Shown here: one piece after another, positions 19,942 to 29,454 of the stretch
How the letters are laid out: each line of letters begins with the position of its first letter
Numbering within the stretch: the first letter of the stretch is position 1
Translations under genes and position numbers: made by a program
NCBI GenBank assembly: GCA_965263355.1
Contig: CBDHHL010000056.1
Coordinates: 1,920,001 to 1,984,000, forward strand
DNA length: 64,000 bases
Source of the DNA: Leptolyngbyaceae cyanobacterium
GTDB lineage: Bacteria > Cyanobacteriota > Cyanobacteriia > Phormidesmidales > Phormidesmidaceae
Direction: 5' to 3'
The notes under the pieces: model-generated
Database searches by the model: none
What the model saw: the letters and a program-made list of their open reading frames with translations, nothing else
What the model was told of the DNA's origin: nothing

Positions 19942-20535
19942 GTGATGACGATTGCCACACTTAAAACCTATACGGCTGAGGAATATCTGGCTCTGGAAGT
20001 AGAGTCCGAGCTGCGCCATGAGTGCCGGGCTGGAGAAATTATAGAAATGACGGGGGGGACACCTGCGCATAATAAACTATCAAGTGCGTTGAATGCATTG
20101 CTGTGGTTTGGCTTACGGAAGCAGCCGTACACGGTATTTGTAACGGATCAACGACTGTGGATTCCAGCGGTTGACCTATATACATATCCGGATGTGATGA
20201 TTGTTGCGGAGCCACCGGAGCTGAAACCGGGTCGTAAGGATACGGTTATTAATCCGATATTGCTTGCTGAAACTCTCTCACGATCAACTCAAAACTATGA
20301 TCGTGGTGAGAAGTTTGTGCATTATCGCACCATTGACACCTTTCAGGAGTACATGTTGATTGACCAGTATCGTCCTTTTGTGGAGCATCACGTAAAACAA
20401 TCTGAGAATCAGTGGTTATTGACTGAACATCAAGGGTTAGATACGTCTTTTTCACTGATATCTGTACCCGTTGAGATTGCACTGGCAGATTTATATGAAG
20501 GGATTGAGTTTGAGACACCTGAAGAGAGTATTTGA
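19942..20535 (+). CDS. Uma2 family (PD-(D/E)XK) endonuclease-like protein
   Basis: YTAEEYL, MTGGTPAH, YPDV, ETLSRST...DRGEKF..Y. Confidence 0.92.
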   Translation: MMTIATLKTYTAEEYLALEVESELRHECRAGEIIEMTGGTPAHNKLSSALNALLWFGLRKQPYTVFVTDQRLWIPAVDLYTYPDVMIVAEPPELKPGRKDTVINPILLAETLSRSTQNYDRGEKFVHYRTIDTFQEYMLIDQYRPFVEHHVKQSENQWLLTEHQGLDTSFSLISVPVEIALADLYEGIEFETPEESI

Positions 20536-20600
20536 CTCGCTGCCAAAGCTTACCTGAAGTGTTTTTTATGGCTCTGCTATTAGCAGACGGGAGGAACCTC
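20535..20600 (+). repeat. Degenerate REP/REPIN-like repeat copy B
   Basis: ACTCGCTGCCAAAGCTTACCTGAAG...TGGCTCTGC aligns with copy at 20921. Confidence 0.5.
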
Positions 20601-20656
20601 AGCGATTTGGCTTCGCTGCGTACAAGATTTTTGTGCGAGGCAAATGGCATGAGTTT

Positions 20657-20920
20657 AACACCAACTGGCAAAATGACTATGCCCGGAAGGTTGAGGACTA
20701 TGCGCTTTTGGGTGTGCCAGACTATTGGATTGTGGACTATTTAGGTTTAGAGGGACGGGAGTATATTGGTAACCCGAAACAGCCTACGATTACGGGTTGT
20801 CATTTGGTGAATGAGATGTCTGAGAAGTATTTGTTTCGCTAGACTGATATTGTTGAATCAGCTACATTTCCTGAACTACGCCTTAAGACTGAGAAGATTT
20901 TTGCTGCTAGGCAAATGTAA
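20657..20920 (+). pseudogene. Uma2 endonuclease pseudogene (C-terminal half only)
   Basis: TNWQNDYARKVEDYALLGVPDYWIVD...KQPT; in-frame TAG at 20840-20842, then continues as TDIVESATFPELRL; N-terminus missing. Confidence 0.85.
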
Positions 20921-21022
20921 ACTCGCTCCCAAGGCTCTGCCTGGAGCAGGTTGTTGTGGCTCTGCCACTTACAGGAGGCAGGGGTCTCAGAGGATATGCT
21001 CATCCAGAAGCTGGGCACCAGA
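20921..21022 (+). repeat. REPIN-like repeat copy C
   Basis: CTCGCTCCCAAGGCTCTGCCTGG...GGCTCTGCC...GAGGCAG...CTGGGCACCAG, degenerate nested palindrome. Confidence 0.6.
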
Positions 21023-21185
21023 CAAATAATCGCCTCTTAATCCAAAGGTTCGATTGTATCAGTTGCTAGCTCAGCCATAACCTAATAACCCCCTTTGCTA
21101 GGACTACCATGGGTTCACAAAAGACTGTGCCTGCATGCCTAAATGACGGGACTTACGGATTAACCAACGGTAAACGCCACCTGGC

Positions 21186-21587
21186 TCACCCACATCGTAG
21201 CTCATAGGTAAATTCATGTTGCTTGTCAGCGCTAGGACTATTGCCATGGGCCTGGGCACCATACTGGGCAATTGCTCGAATAATCTCTTCTTTAGTGTGA
21301 GAGAATGTTTTTACAACTGCATGTAAGTCTTTCAACAGATCGGGTTCTTGCTCAGGAGCCGTTTGAATATCGGTTTCAATAGCTGATACAAGATAATTAT
21401 GTTCATCTGCCTGGTCCAGTAGATGGGAAAGGCTACCTAAGTCGGGACCAGTAAGATATAGCAAGAAGAAACGAACACTGGCCAGCCAGCTTTTACCAAA
21501 CCCTATGGCGTCACAAATTTCATGGCCTTGAATTTTTAGCTGAGCAGCGTTGAGTTGGGGGTAAGACTCACAATAGGTCATGATCAA
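21186..21587 (-). CDS. Hypothetical protein
   Basis: 133-aa ORF, no recognisable motif. Confidence 0.5.
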   Translation of the reverse strand: MIMTYCESYPQLNAAQLKIQGHEICDAIGFGKSWLASVRFFLLYLTGPDLGSLSHLLDQADEHNYLVSAIETDIQTAPEQEPDLLKDLHAVVKTFSHTKEEIIRAIAQYGAQAHGNSPSADKQHEFTYELRCG

Positions 21588-21734
21588 TAGAAAATAGGTT
21601 GAAACGATTCGCAGTTAATAGTTACAACACAGTGTTATCTGTGAATCTCGGATAAAAATCAATCAACCTTCCGCCTTCTAGACTGTCATACAATAAATGA
21701 TAATACGCATCAACTCTTAGTAAGGCATTGTATC

Positions 21735-22340
21735 TTACCAATCTTCCAGCCAATAAACCACGTCTGAGGTGACTTCATTAATAGCCACACCATAATGGAG
21801 AGAATGATTCCAGTCATACTCTGGAGCACCACGGGTATCTTCTAACACATAGATGGCATACTCACTCGGAAAGTCTGGTGTAAGCACTTCTGACCCATGA
21901 TCACCTGTATGAAACCGGTAGTCAAACGAAATATTGACACCATTGGGACTTATTTCTTCTTTAGGGCTATTATTGTCACCTCTTGGCACATACTGCCGTT
22001 TTACTTGGGGTTGAAACTCAGCGACAAGTGCCGAAATCTCATCGGACGAAAGCTGCATACGCAGTTGTAAGATTGTTCCCCCTTGCAAAAAACCAGGTGC
22101 AAAATAGAATTTTACATTTTTGGCATGGCTCGGGATTTGTCTCGGGAAATGAGCCATTGATGGATCATCCGATGAGGCAACAATTTCTGGATAGCGTTCA
22201 ATGTCGGTAACAACCTCTGTTGCTTCGTCAAACTGGGTTGCAGACCAGCGAAGAAATACTAACCCACCTAAGGTGACAACACCGCCTAAACAAAGTGTGG
22301 CAATCAAAATGGCTTTGAAGAGTTTTTTGACAGGTGCCAT
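21735..22340 (-). CDS. Hypothetical membrane-anchored protein
   Basis: N-terminal TM helix; HFP..IP, PGFLQGG, VVYWLEDW motifs. Confidence 0.75.
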   Translation of the reverse strand: MAPVKKLFKAILIATLCLGGVVTLGGLVFLRWSATQFDEATEVVTDIERYPEIVASSDDPSMAHFPRQIPSHAKNVKFYFAPGFLQGGTILQLRMQLSSDEISALVAEFQPQVKRQYVPRGDNNSPKEEISPNGVNISFDYRFHTGDHGSEVLTPDFPSEYAIYVLEDTRGAPEYDWNHSLHYGVAINEVTSDVVYWLEDW

Positions 22341-22461
22341 AGGTTAATACGGTTATGAGGTGGAAGGTGTGCTCTGAGATTTGAGGTTTTCTGGGCTGCG
22401 ATTGGTCTTTTATAAGATGGGTTTATGCGTGTAGCTCGGATAGTAGCTATAGGTTTTGGTG

Positions 22462-22502
22462 CCCTCATCCTAAATCCTTCTCCCCAGGGAGAAGGACTTT
22501 GA
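22462..22502. repeat. Cyanobacterial palindromic dispersed repeat (CCCTCAxCCTAAATCCxTCTCCC...GGGAGA type)
   Basis: Perfect 10-bp IR TCCTTCTCCC-CA-GGGAGAAGGA (22475-22496) preceded by CCCTCATCCTAAA. Confidence 0.65.
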
Positions 22503-22545
22503 GGGAGTGGCTAACTTTCCAGAAGAGAGTTGACTTAAACTGATT

Positions 22546-22935
22546 TTAATTTTTGTGATGGGATTGTTGTGCTGTTACGTACCCCAGGAGAATGCCGCTT
22601 AGACTGCATACTAGATCCAAGGAGTCTAAGGTGCGATGGGGTGATATGCCTTGAACAATTTCTTCTGCTGTCATGGCTAAGCTAAATAAAACGGGAAACA
22701 CGGGCAAATAACGCACGCCTCTGAAGTGTCGTCGCCTAAGGACACGATGGCCTAAATAACTGGCTAGGGCGTAGAGTACCACATGGCCAATTTTGTCGTA
22801 ATAGGGGATTTTTCCGAGTAAGGCCAGGGGTAAATTATTGGTGTAAGCGGCCCACAGAATCAATAAGAATAGGCTGCCATAGCCTATGGCTAGCCACATA
22901 ATATTGCTGTGCTCAATTTTAGAGGACGTTTTCAT
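22546..22935 (-). CDS. VanZ family membrane protein
   Basis: DKIGH...Y, EEIVQ...P.RT...D motifs. Confidence 0.85.
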   Translation of the reverse strand: MKTSSKIEHSNIMWLAIGYGSLFLLILWAAYTNNLPLALLGKIPYYDKIGHVVLYALASYLGHRVLRRRHFRGVRYLPVFPVLFSLAMTAEEIVQGISPHRTLDSLDLVCSLSGILLGYVTAQQSHHKN

Positions 22936-23033
22936 AAAATCAGGGTAATTGGCAGATAGCCGATTTTCAGTACAGCGATCTACAGTAGATAACGTCTCTA
23001 TCTCGGACGTACTAATAGTATTTGATATGAGCC

Positions 23034-24011
23034 ATGGGTAAGCAATTTAGGTATCGGGTAGGACTATGGTTAGGTCTGTTGGTCTTGGTGATCGGCATGG
23101 TTGTGACCTATGGAATTTCCTCTAAAGCACAACTGCCGAACCCCATGGTGGATGGTGAGCGGCTGCGATCGCACCTCCTGACCCTATCCACTGAACGCTA
23201 TACGACCCAAGACCTGACCCGCGCCTGCGCCTACCTTACCCAACAGCTGAAAGAATACGGCTATACCCCCACATTCCAGGAATTTGGTTCCGGTGACAGC
23301 GCCGGGACTAACCTGAGTGTCGTGCGTCCAGGTACCCAAACACCTGAGCAAAAAATCCTAGTCGGTGCCCACTACGACACCGTTTTTGGTTCCCCTGGTG
23401 CGGATGACAATGCGAGTTCCGTTGCCACAGCCTTAGAAATTGCCCGTCTCTTTGCCAAGTATCCCACTGACAAAACCCTACAGGTCGTTTTCTTTGACCA
23501 GGAAGAACGACAGCCAGATGGAGAAGGGCTATTAGGAAGCCATGCATTCGTTAATCAAGCAGCCAACCTTAACGGCTTAGACAGTGCAGTCATTTTAGAA
23601 ATGCTGGGCTACGCCTGTTATGAGCCTGGTTGTCAGACCTATCCACCAGGACTAGAACAACTATCCTTGCCAACCCAAGGAGATTTTATCAGCGTTATTG
23701 GGAATATAGATGCGCCTAACCTACTAACCACCTTTGCTACCGCCCTAGAGGATACATCAGCAGCCCTGCAAGCACTGACATTACCAGTGCCCTTAGATGG
23801 CTCATCAGCCATGCCAGATTTATTTCGCAGCGATCATGTGCCCTTTTGGGAAAACGGAATCGGAGCTGTCATGGTTAGCGATACAGCCAACTTTCGCAAT
23901 CCACATTACCACCAGCCAAGCGATACCGTTGAAAACCTAGATCTGGCCTTCTTAGAAAAGACAGCAAACTATGTCGTAGAACGTGTAGAAATACTTTTAC
24001 AAAACAGTTAA
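23034..24011 (+). CDS. M28 family metallopeptidase
   Basis: GAHYD, GADDNAS, DQEE, LEMLG, RSDH, YHQPSD. Confidence 0.92.
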   Translation: MGKQFRYRVGLWLGLLVLVIGMVVTYGISSKAQLPNPMVDGERLRSHLLTLSTERYTTQDLTRACAYLTQQLKEYGYTPTFQEFGSGDSAGTNLSVVRPGTQTPEQKILVGAHYDTVFGSPGADDNASSVATALEIARLFAKYPTDKTLQVVFFDQEERQPDGEGLLGSHAFVNQAANLNGLDSAVILEMLGYACYEPGCQTYPPGLEQLSLPTQGDFISVIGNIDAPNLLTTFATALEDTSAALQALTLPVPLDGSSAMPDLFRSDHVPFWENGIGAVMVSDTANFRNPHYHQPSDTVENLDLAFLEKTANYVVERVEILLQNS

Positions 24012-24096
24012 AAGCATACGTCTAGTCGCTTATAGCGAATGCACAGACTGGGTATAGGTTACGGTAAGGTCAATTATGAAGGTTATCGATCCGAAA

Positions 24097-25395
24097 CTAG
24101 GCGTTATTTCCTGATGACAATGACTGCGATGTCGGCTCTCCATCACCCTTTAGAGACTTAGGAATAAACGACGGCAACACTGGCACAGTTTTCTCTAACT
24201 CAGGAGATTCTACAGACTCCATATTAGAGACACCGTTAGATACATCACTGTTCACAGTAGTCTCAGCCAACGTTTCCTCGGCAGCACTGCCTGTTTCTGA
24301 TCGAGATGAGCGGCCTGAAGCGACGACATAGGAAAGCTCAGCAGGATCCTCAGTAACCGATTCAGGCTCTAGCAAACCAGGTAATTGCTTATCAGGAGGT
24401 ACCTCATTCTGGGTAGGCGGCAACAGCAAGAGTCGTCTTTTCAACTTGCCCATCGGCACCATCAGCGCAGCAATCCGTTCTTCTAGCCAGATCAAACCAG
24501 CTCCCAACGCTTCAGCTAAAGTGCTAATCAAGCGATAAAGCGCGACAGCACTGATTAACAACCCACTGGGTAACTGATTACCGAGAATTGCGATCGCAAC
24601 CGCCTCAAACACCCCCACCCCTCCAGGCGCACCAGGCACCATCAGGCCCATTAACCAAGCAATGCTAAAGGCCCCAAAAATAGGAAAAAATTGGCTCGGT
24701 TTGAGGGACTCTAACGCCACCAGTGTCATCAAAAACCCCAGACCGCGCAGAGCCACAAACCCTATCTCTCCTAGTAGAGAACGCCAGGGATAAGCCTGTA
24801 AACGCAAGGTACTGGTAATTACAGTCAGCCCCTGGGAGCGAGCCTTTGCTTTGCCTAACTTTTGTAAAATTGGATTTAGAAAACGCGGATGAATCGCTAC
24901 TAGCATGGCCGCTAGAGCCCCCAGGGAGACGATTAATAATCGCCAATCATTGGCCACAGTAATGCTAAAGCTAATGGCAGCAAGTCCTAATGCTGCTGCT
25001 GCCATCAATAAGGGCTCTAACACAACACCAACGATAGCAGCCCCCGTCGATGAGCCCGATGCTTGTAGCGCACGCACCCGGCCAAAGAAATGCCACACAT
25101 TCCCTGGCAGATACTTGGCAATGTTGGTTTTCAGGTAGATCATCGTGGTCCACCGACCATCGCGGGGCTGACCAATGGCCTGCAAGATTAAATGCCATAC
25201 CCACCCTGACCAAATATGCGCAATCAACGTGATCCCCAATGCAACAGTCAGCAACGCCAGGGTAGCGCTACTAATTTCAAGAGTTCTGACCTCTTGCCAA
25301 TGATCCTTAAGGGTTTTGGCCAGAAAAAAGATAATGCCGCCAAATAAAAACCAGCGAAAGATGCGATTAACCATGGATGGGGGTAACCCGCGCAT
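24097..25395 (-). CDS. UPF0104/lysylphosphatidylglycerol synthase TM-domain protein with disordered tail
   Basis: KYLPGNVW, PGAPGGVGVFE, YR motif; acidic low-complexity C-terminus. Confidence 0.85.
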   Translation of the reverse strand: MRGLPPSMVNRIFRWFLFGGIIFFLAKTLKDHWQEVRTLEISSATLALLTVALGITLIAHIWSGWVWHLILQAIGQPRDGRWTTMIYLKTNIAKYLPGNVWHFFGRVRALQASGSSTGAAIVGVVLEPLLMAAAALGLAAISFSITVANDWRLLIVSLGALAAMLVAIHPRFLNPILQKLGKAKARSQGLTVITSTLRLQAYPWRSLLGEIGFVALRGLGFLMTLVALESLKPSQFFPIFGAFSIAWLMGLMVPGAPGGVGVFEAVAIAILGNQLPSGLLISAVALYRLISTLAEALGAGLIWLEERIAALMVPMGKLKRRLLLLPPTQNEVPPDKQLPGLLEPESVTEDPAELSYVVASGRSSRSETGSAAEETLAETTVNSDVSNGVSNMESVESPELEKTVPVLPSFIPKSLKGDGEPTSQSLSSGNNA

Positions 25396-25467
25396 AAAAC
25401 TGGGGGATAAAACAATTGGGCAATTGTAACGGGTATTAAACCGTGTTCACATGCAAAACTCCAGGTT

Positions 25468-25540
25468 TAAACTTTGTCCACGTCCAGAACTGGAGTTTTT
25501 CCGTAGAAGCAGCTACAGGTTTCAACTTGGACGTGGTTCG
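25468..25540 (+). repeat. 73-bp dispersed MITE-like repeat, copy 2 (plus partial left end at 25437-25460)
   Basis: Aligns without gaps to 9087-9159. Confidence 0.8.
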
Positions 25541-25610
25541 TAACCCAAACTTTTCATTTGCATGGGTTATCTGGATACAGGTTTAGCACACAGTATCCGA
25601 TGATTACGCA

Positions 25611-26321
25611 TTAGACTGTCTTTTGGGACTCATAGCCGTTCATAATTCGGCCACAACACCGATATTGTTCATGATAGGTCTGACTGACTGGATCACTCAG
25701 GTCTACAATCGAGTCGATGCCAATGCCATTACGGCCTCGATCTTTACCAGAGCTATGGATGTAATTCCCATGCCCCAAATATAGAGCAACATGGGTAGTA
25801 CGTTCTGGGGTACCAAAAAAGATTAGATCACCTGGCTGCAGCTCACGTTTGTCAACAGTTGTCGTAAACGCTTCCTGCTGGTATGAATCACGGGGCAAGA
25901 TCACCCCAACAGACGCAAATGCAGCTTGGACTAGACCTGAGCAATCATAGTTAGGGGACACAGCGCCTCCCCATAAATATTCGTTTGGTGCCGCCATGGC
26001 TGCTTGGGCAAAGGCAATAGCACCAGGAATCGCCTGCTCAATGTCACTGCGGGTAACTATGGTGGAGCGATAGGGCGCATTGGCCAAGGTTAAGGCATCA
26101 AGTGCATCGAGTCGCAGCCAACCTGGATAATCATCAGCACATAAAACGACCTGTACGCCTGTTGGCTCAATCGCAGTGATCCTGAGCTGATATCCAGCCG
26201 CAGCCTGGGTTACAAGTCCCGGTTCATGGGAGCTTTTATAGAGGTTGAGGTGGCGATCGCACCGATATTCAGCCCCAGGGTCTAATTGCCAGCGTTGTTT
26301 CAAATCATCTAGCTGCACCAC
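25611..26321 (-). CDS. NlpC/P60 (C40) peptidoglycan peptidase with SH3-like N-terminus
   Basis: YLWGG, DCSGLV, PRDS, PGDLIFF, HVALY, YIHSS. Confidence 0.93.
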   Translation of the reverse strand: MVQLDDLKQRWQLDPGAEYRCDRHLNLYKSSHEPGLVTQAAAGYQLRITAIEPTGVQVVLCADDYPGWLRLDALDALTLANAPYRSTIVTRSDIEQAIPGAIAFAQAAMAAPNEYLWGGAVSPNYDCSGLVQAAFASVGVILPRDSYQQEAFTTTVDKRELQPGDLIFFGTPERTTHVALYLGHGNYIHSSGKDRGRNGIGIDSIVDLSDPVSQTYHEQYRCCGRIMNGYESQKTV

Positions 26322-26465
26322 ATTTACACACCCTTATCTCGACTTAATTTACAGAGCTAATGTAACGGACCCATTGAACGAATGAGCCATTACGTCAGAC
26401 AATAAAACAATATTTTGTCGCATTAACTACCGTTTTTTAGCCGTCTCAATCCGTTAAGCATCCCT

Positions 26466-27629
26466 ATGAGTCTGACCGTATCCCAACCTCAAATCAATGA
26501 GACCTTTCGTATCACCCCCACACCACTAAACATTCCTGAGCGGTTGCTATTAGGCCCTGGACCATCTAACTCAAACCCTGACGTTGTCGCTGCGATGAAT
26601 CGTCAGCCCATTGGTCACCTGGATCCCGCCTATCTGGACTTGATGGATGAAGTCCAAGCAATGATGCGCTACGTCTGGCAAACTGAAAATCCCATGACAT
26701 TGCCCATTAGTGGCACTGGGTCAGCTGCCATGGAAGCCACCCTGGCTAATGCTGTTGAGCCTGGGGATGTAGTATTGGTTGGGATCAACGGCTACTTCGG
26801 TAATCGCCTGGTGGACATGGCTGAGCGCTATCGTGCAGATGTACGCAGCATCAGTAAGCCTTGGGGCGAAGTCTTTAGTCTGGATGAACTACGGGCAGCG
26901 ATGACAGAGCACCGTCCCGCTATCTTAGCCCTGGTTCATGCCGAAACCTCCACTGGCGCACGTCAGCCCCTGGACGGTGTGGGGGATCTGTGCCGCGAGT
27001 TTGATTGCCTACTACTGATTGACACCGTCACCAGCATGGGGGGAGTACCCATCTTTTTAGATGAGTGGGGCGTAGACATGGCCTACAGCTGTAGCCAGAA
27101 AGGACTTAGCTGCCCTCCTGGTAGCTCACCGTTCACCATGAGCGAGCGGGCCCTCCAAAAGCTAGATAAGCGTCAGACCAAGGTTGCAAACTGGTATCTG
27201 GATATCTCCTTACTGCGCAATTATTGGGGCAAGGGACGGACTTACCACCATACGGCCCCAGTCAACATGACCTATGCCATTCGCGAAGCACTGCGCTTGG
27301 TAATTGAAGAAGGTCTGGAAAATTCTTGGGCCCGTCATCAGCAAACCGCTGAGAAGCTTTGGGATGGTTTAGCAGATCTAGGGTTAAGCTGCCATGTACC
27401 CAAGGAGTACCGCCTACCCACGTTAACAACCGTCAAGGTCCCTGAAGGGGTAGATGCCAAGGCGATAACCAGTAAAGTGCTGGCTGACCATAATATTGAG
27501 ATCGGCAATGGTTTGGGCGAACTAGGCGGCAAGGTTTGGCGAATTGGCCTGATGGGCTACAACAGTCAACCAGAGAATGTAGATCGTGTATTGACCGCTT
27601 TGAGCAAGGTAATGGCAGAGGTGTCATGA
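26466..27629 (+). CDS. Alanine-glyoxylate/serine-pyruvate aminotransferase (class V)
   Basis: LLGPGP, GTGSAAME, HAETSTG, SCSQKGL (PLP Lys), YHHT, WRIGLMG. Confidence 0.95.
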   Translation: MSLTVSQPQINETFRITPTPLNIPERLLLGPGPSNSNPDVVAAMNRQPIGHLDPAYLDLMDEVQAMMRYVWQTENPMTLPISGTGSAAMEATLANAVEPGDVVLVGINGYFGNRLVDMAERYRADVRSISKPWGEVFSLDELRAAMTEHRPAILALVHAETSTGARQPLDGVGDLCREFDCLLLIDTVTSMGGVPIFLDEWGVDMAYSCSQKGLSCPPGSSPFTMSERALQKLDKRQTKVANWYLDISLLRNYWGKGRTYHHTAPVNMTYAIREALRLVIEEGLENSWARHQQTAEKLWDGLADLGLSCHVPKEYRLPTLTTVKVPEGVDAKAITSKVLADHNIEIGNGLGELGGKVWRIGLMGYNSQPENVDRVLTALSKVMAEVS

Positions 27630-27660
27630 TTCTCTAAACTTTTTCTAACCTGAGCGGTAA

Positions 27661-27691
27661 TAAAGCCTCCCATGCACGACGGGAGGCTTTA
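27661..27691 (+). terminator. Terminator hairpin after aminotransferase
   Basis: TAAAGCCTCCC...GGGAGGCTTTA. Confidence 0.75.
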
Positions 27692-27780
27692 TGGCTCCGA
27701 TACAGGGCTAAGCTTGAGAATTCAGGGATGAGCTGTGAGTGATATATCACCTTCACCCAAGGCTTTTGGGGCGAAATTCG

Positions 27781-28032
27781 TCAGTCCAATTCAAAATACA
27801 TTGCGCAATACTGCCTTACCTGCCATCCGAATTTAACGACAGCTTTGCCACAACTAATCAAGGCCAATATTATGACAATATTTCCCAGGGCAAAGGCACT
27901 GATTATGCCTACTAACAGCTTTAATAACGCCATTCTCACAAAGTTGAAAGGTGCTCGCAGGAACATTACCCACGTGTCAACCTCTAGCAGTTTGCTAACG
28001 AAACTTCTGTTAAGCCAAGTCTGCTTAGTCAT
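27781..28032 (-). CDS. Small hypothetical membrane protein
   Basis: 83-aa ORF with a hydrophobic segment; no motif. Confidence 0.35.
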   Translation of the reverse strand: MTKQTWLNRSFVSKLLEVDTWVMFLRAPFNFVRMALLKLLVGIISAFALGNIVIILALISCGKAVVKFGWQVRQYCAMYFELD

Positions 28033-28338
28033 GGGCTATCTCCAAAATACCGACCAAAATACTGAACCGACATCAAATTAATTTGATGCAATTTGTATTA
28101 ACTCCCAATTTAATCAGTCTAAGCTTTCAGTAACAGCCTGAAATCACTCATTGCGTACGTAGTTAAAATAGCACTCTTGCTCGGCATTTTTGCCTAGGAA
28201 ACTTCAATTTAGTGGTATAGGTCAGCAATTGCGAACATTAGCTATGTTCTAGACAGAGAAACAGATATTTAGATATCTAGATGTATTAAAGGTAACTTAA
28301 ATGTTAAATGGCTAATTGAGAGTACCGACTTGTGCGTC

Positions 28339-29436
28339 CTACTTTCCCTTTATTTGGGCCTTAGCTTGTTCCATCGCCAGAGACTTAAACGCCTCAAAGG
28401 ATTGAATATTTGATGCCCCTTCGATGGCTTTCACGGCCAAATCTTGAACCTGTTTTAGAGCTGCCGCCAGTTGTTTAGATAAGGTCTGAATTCGTTCTTC
28501 ATTGGTTTTGATCGTCTGTTCTAAGGCTTGAATCCTCAGCTCATAGACTCGTTTAAAACCATTTAATTCCTGATTGCGTAAATCCGCCGCTATTTTCGCC
28601 TGGGCACTGGCCGTTTTTTCGCCTTCTTCCTTAGCTTGTTTAAGGGCCGCTTCTTTTTCCGCTTCAAAGGCTTTTACTTGAGCTTGTAGCTCAGCAAATT
28701 GATGCTCTTGGAGTGCGATCGCCTGTTCCCGTTCCGCCCACTGTTCTTCTAAGGTTTGCTTAGCGTCCGCTAGTTGTTTATAGCGTTCCTCCTGGGCCTG
28801 GTCATAATCCGCCTGTGCCATACTACGCTGGAGCGTGAGGTTATAGTCGTATTCTTGAGCCTCACGCTGACTATTTTTTCGCTGTTCTTCATCCCGTTCT
28901 TTCACAGAACGTTTGTGCTCCTCCTGTTCCTTTGCCCAAGCCTGTTTTAGCTCCTGACGTTCATGCTCCAGGGTATCGCGTCTCTGATTAAATTCAGCTT
29001 CAAACGCTTTACTGTTATCTTCACAGGTTTGAATTAAAGTATCCAAGGTATCGGGTTGAATCTCGTCTAGATTGTGCAGGGCCTGCAGCTGTTCCAGCTC
29101 CTCAGTAACCGCTAGTCGAAGGGATTGCAGGTTTGCTGCCTTTGAAGTCAGCTTTTCGGACAACTCGTTAACTGCACTGCCAAATCCCGCTTGTAATCCG
29201 GTTAGGGCATTAATTGTAGCCTTCATTTTATCATCGTGTGACTGCTCGATGGGCTGCTGACTCATGGCTTTCACAGGTTCAGAGGGCGTTGTTTCCGCTA
29301 CGGGTGTTGGACTCGTCGTTTTCGATTGCTGCAGCTTGTCGACCTGCTTTTCTAATGTATTTCGCTCTTTGAGTAACTCATTATAAGCATCTAGAATCTG
29401 TGCTTTTGTATTTCTACTGGTGGGTATTTCGGTCAT
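28339..29436 (-). CDS. Coiled-coil-rich protein B
   Basis: Heptad-rich, E/Q/K/A-rich; TKAQILDAY start, LAVKAIEG end; GAGG SD. Confidence 0.85.
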   Translation of the reverse strand: MTEIPTSRNTKAQILDAYNELLKERNTLEKQVDKLQQSKTTSPTPVAETTPSEPVKAMSQQPIEQSHDDKMKATINALTGLQAGFGSAVNELSEKLTSKAANLQSLRLAVTEELEQLQALHNLDEIQPDTLDTLIQTCEDNSKAFEAEFNQRRDTLEHERQELKQAWAKEQEEHKRSVKERDEEQRKNSQREAQEYDYNLTLQRSMAQADYDQAQEERYKQLADAKQTLEEQWAEREQAIALQEHQFAELQAQVKAFEAEKEAALKQAKEEGEKTASAQAKIAADLRNQELNGFKRVYELRIQALEQTIKTNEERIQTLSKQLAAALKQVQDLAVKAIEGASNIQSFEAFKSLAMEQAKAQIKGK

Positions 29437-29454
29437 ACTGAATCCTCTTTTTTC

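Noticed and set aside
20532..21029. Short ORFs 20532-20744 and 20811-21029
   Set aside because: Alternative frames over repeats and the Uma2 pseudogene
27845..28081. 78-aa plus-strand ORF
   Set aside because: TTG start, antisense to a slightly more plausible ORF, no motif
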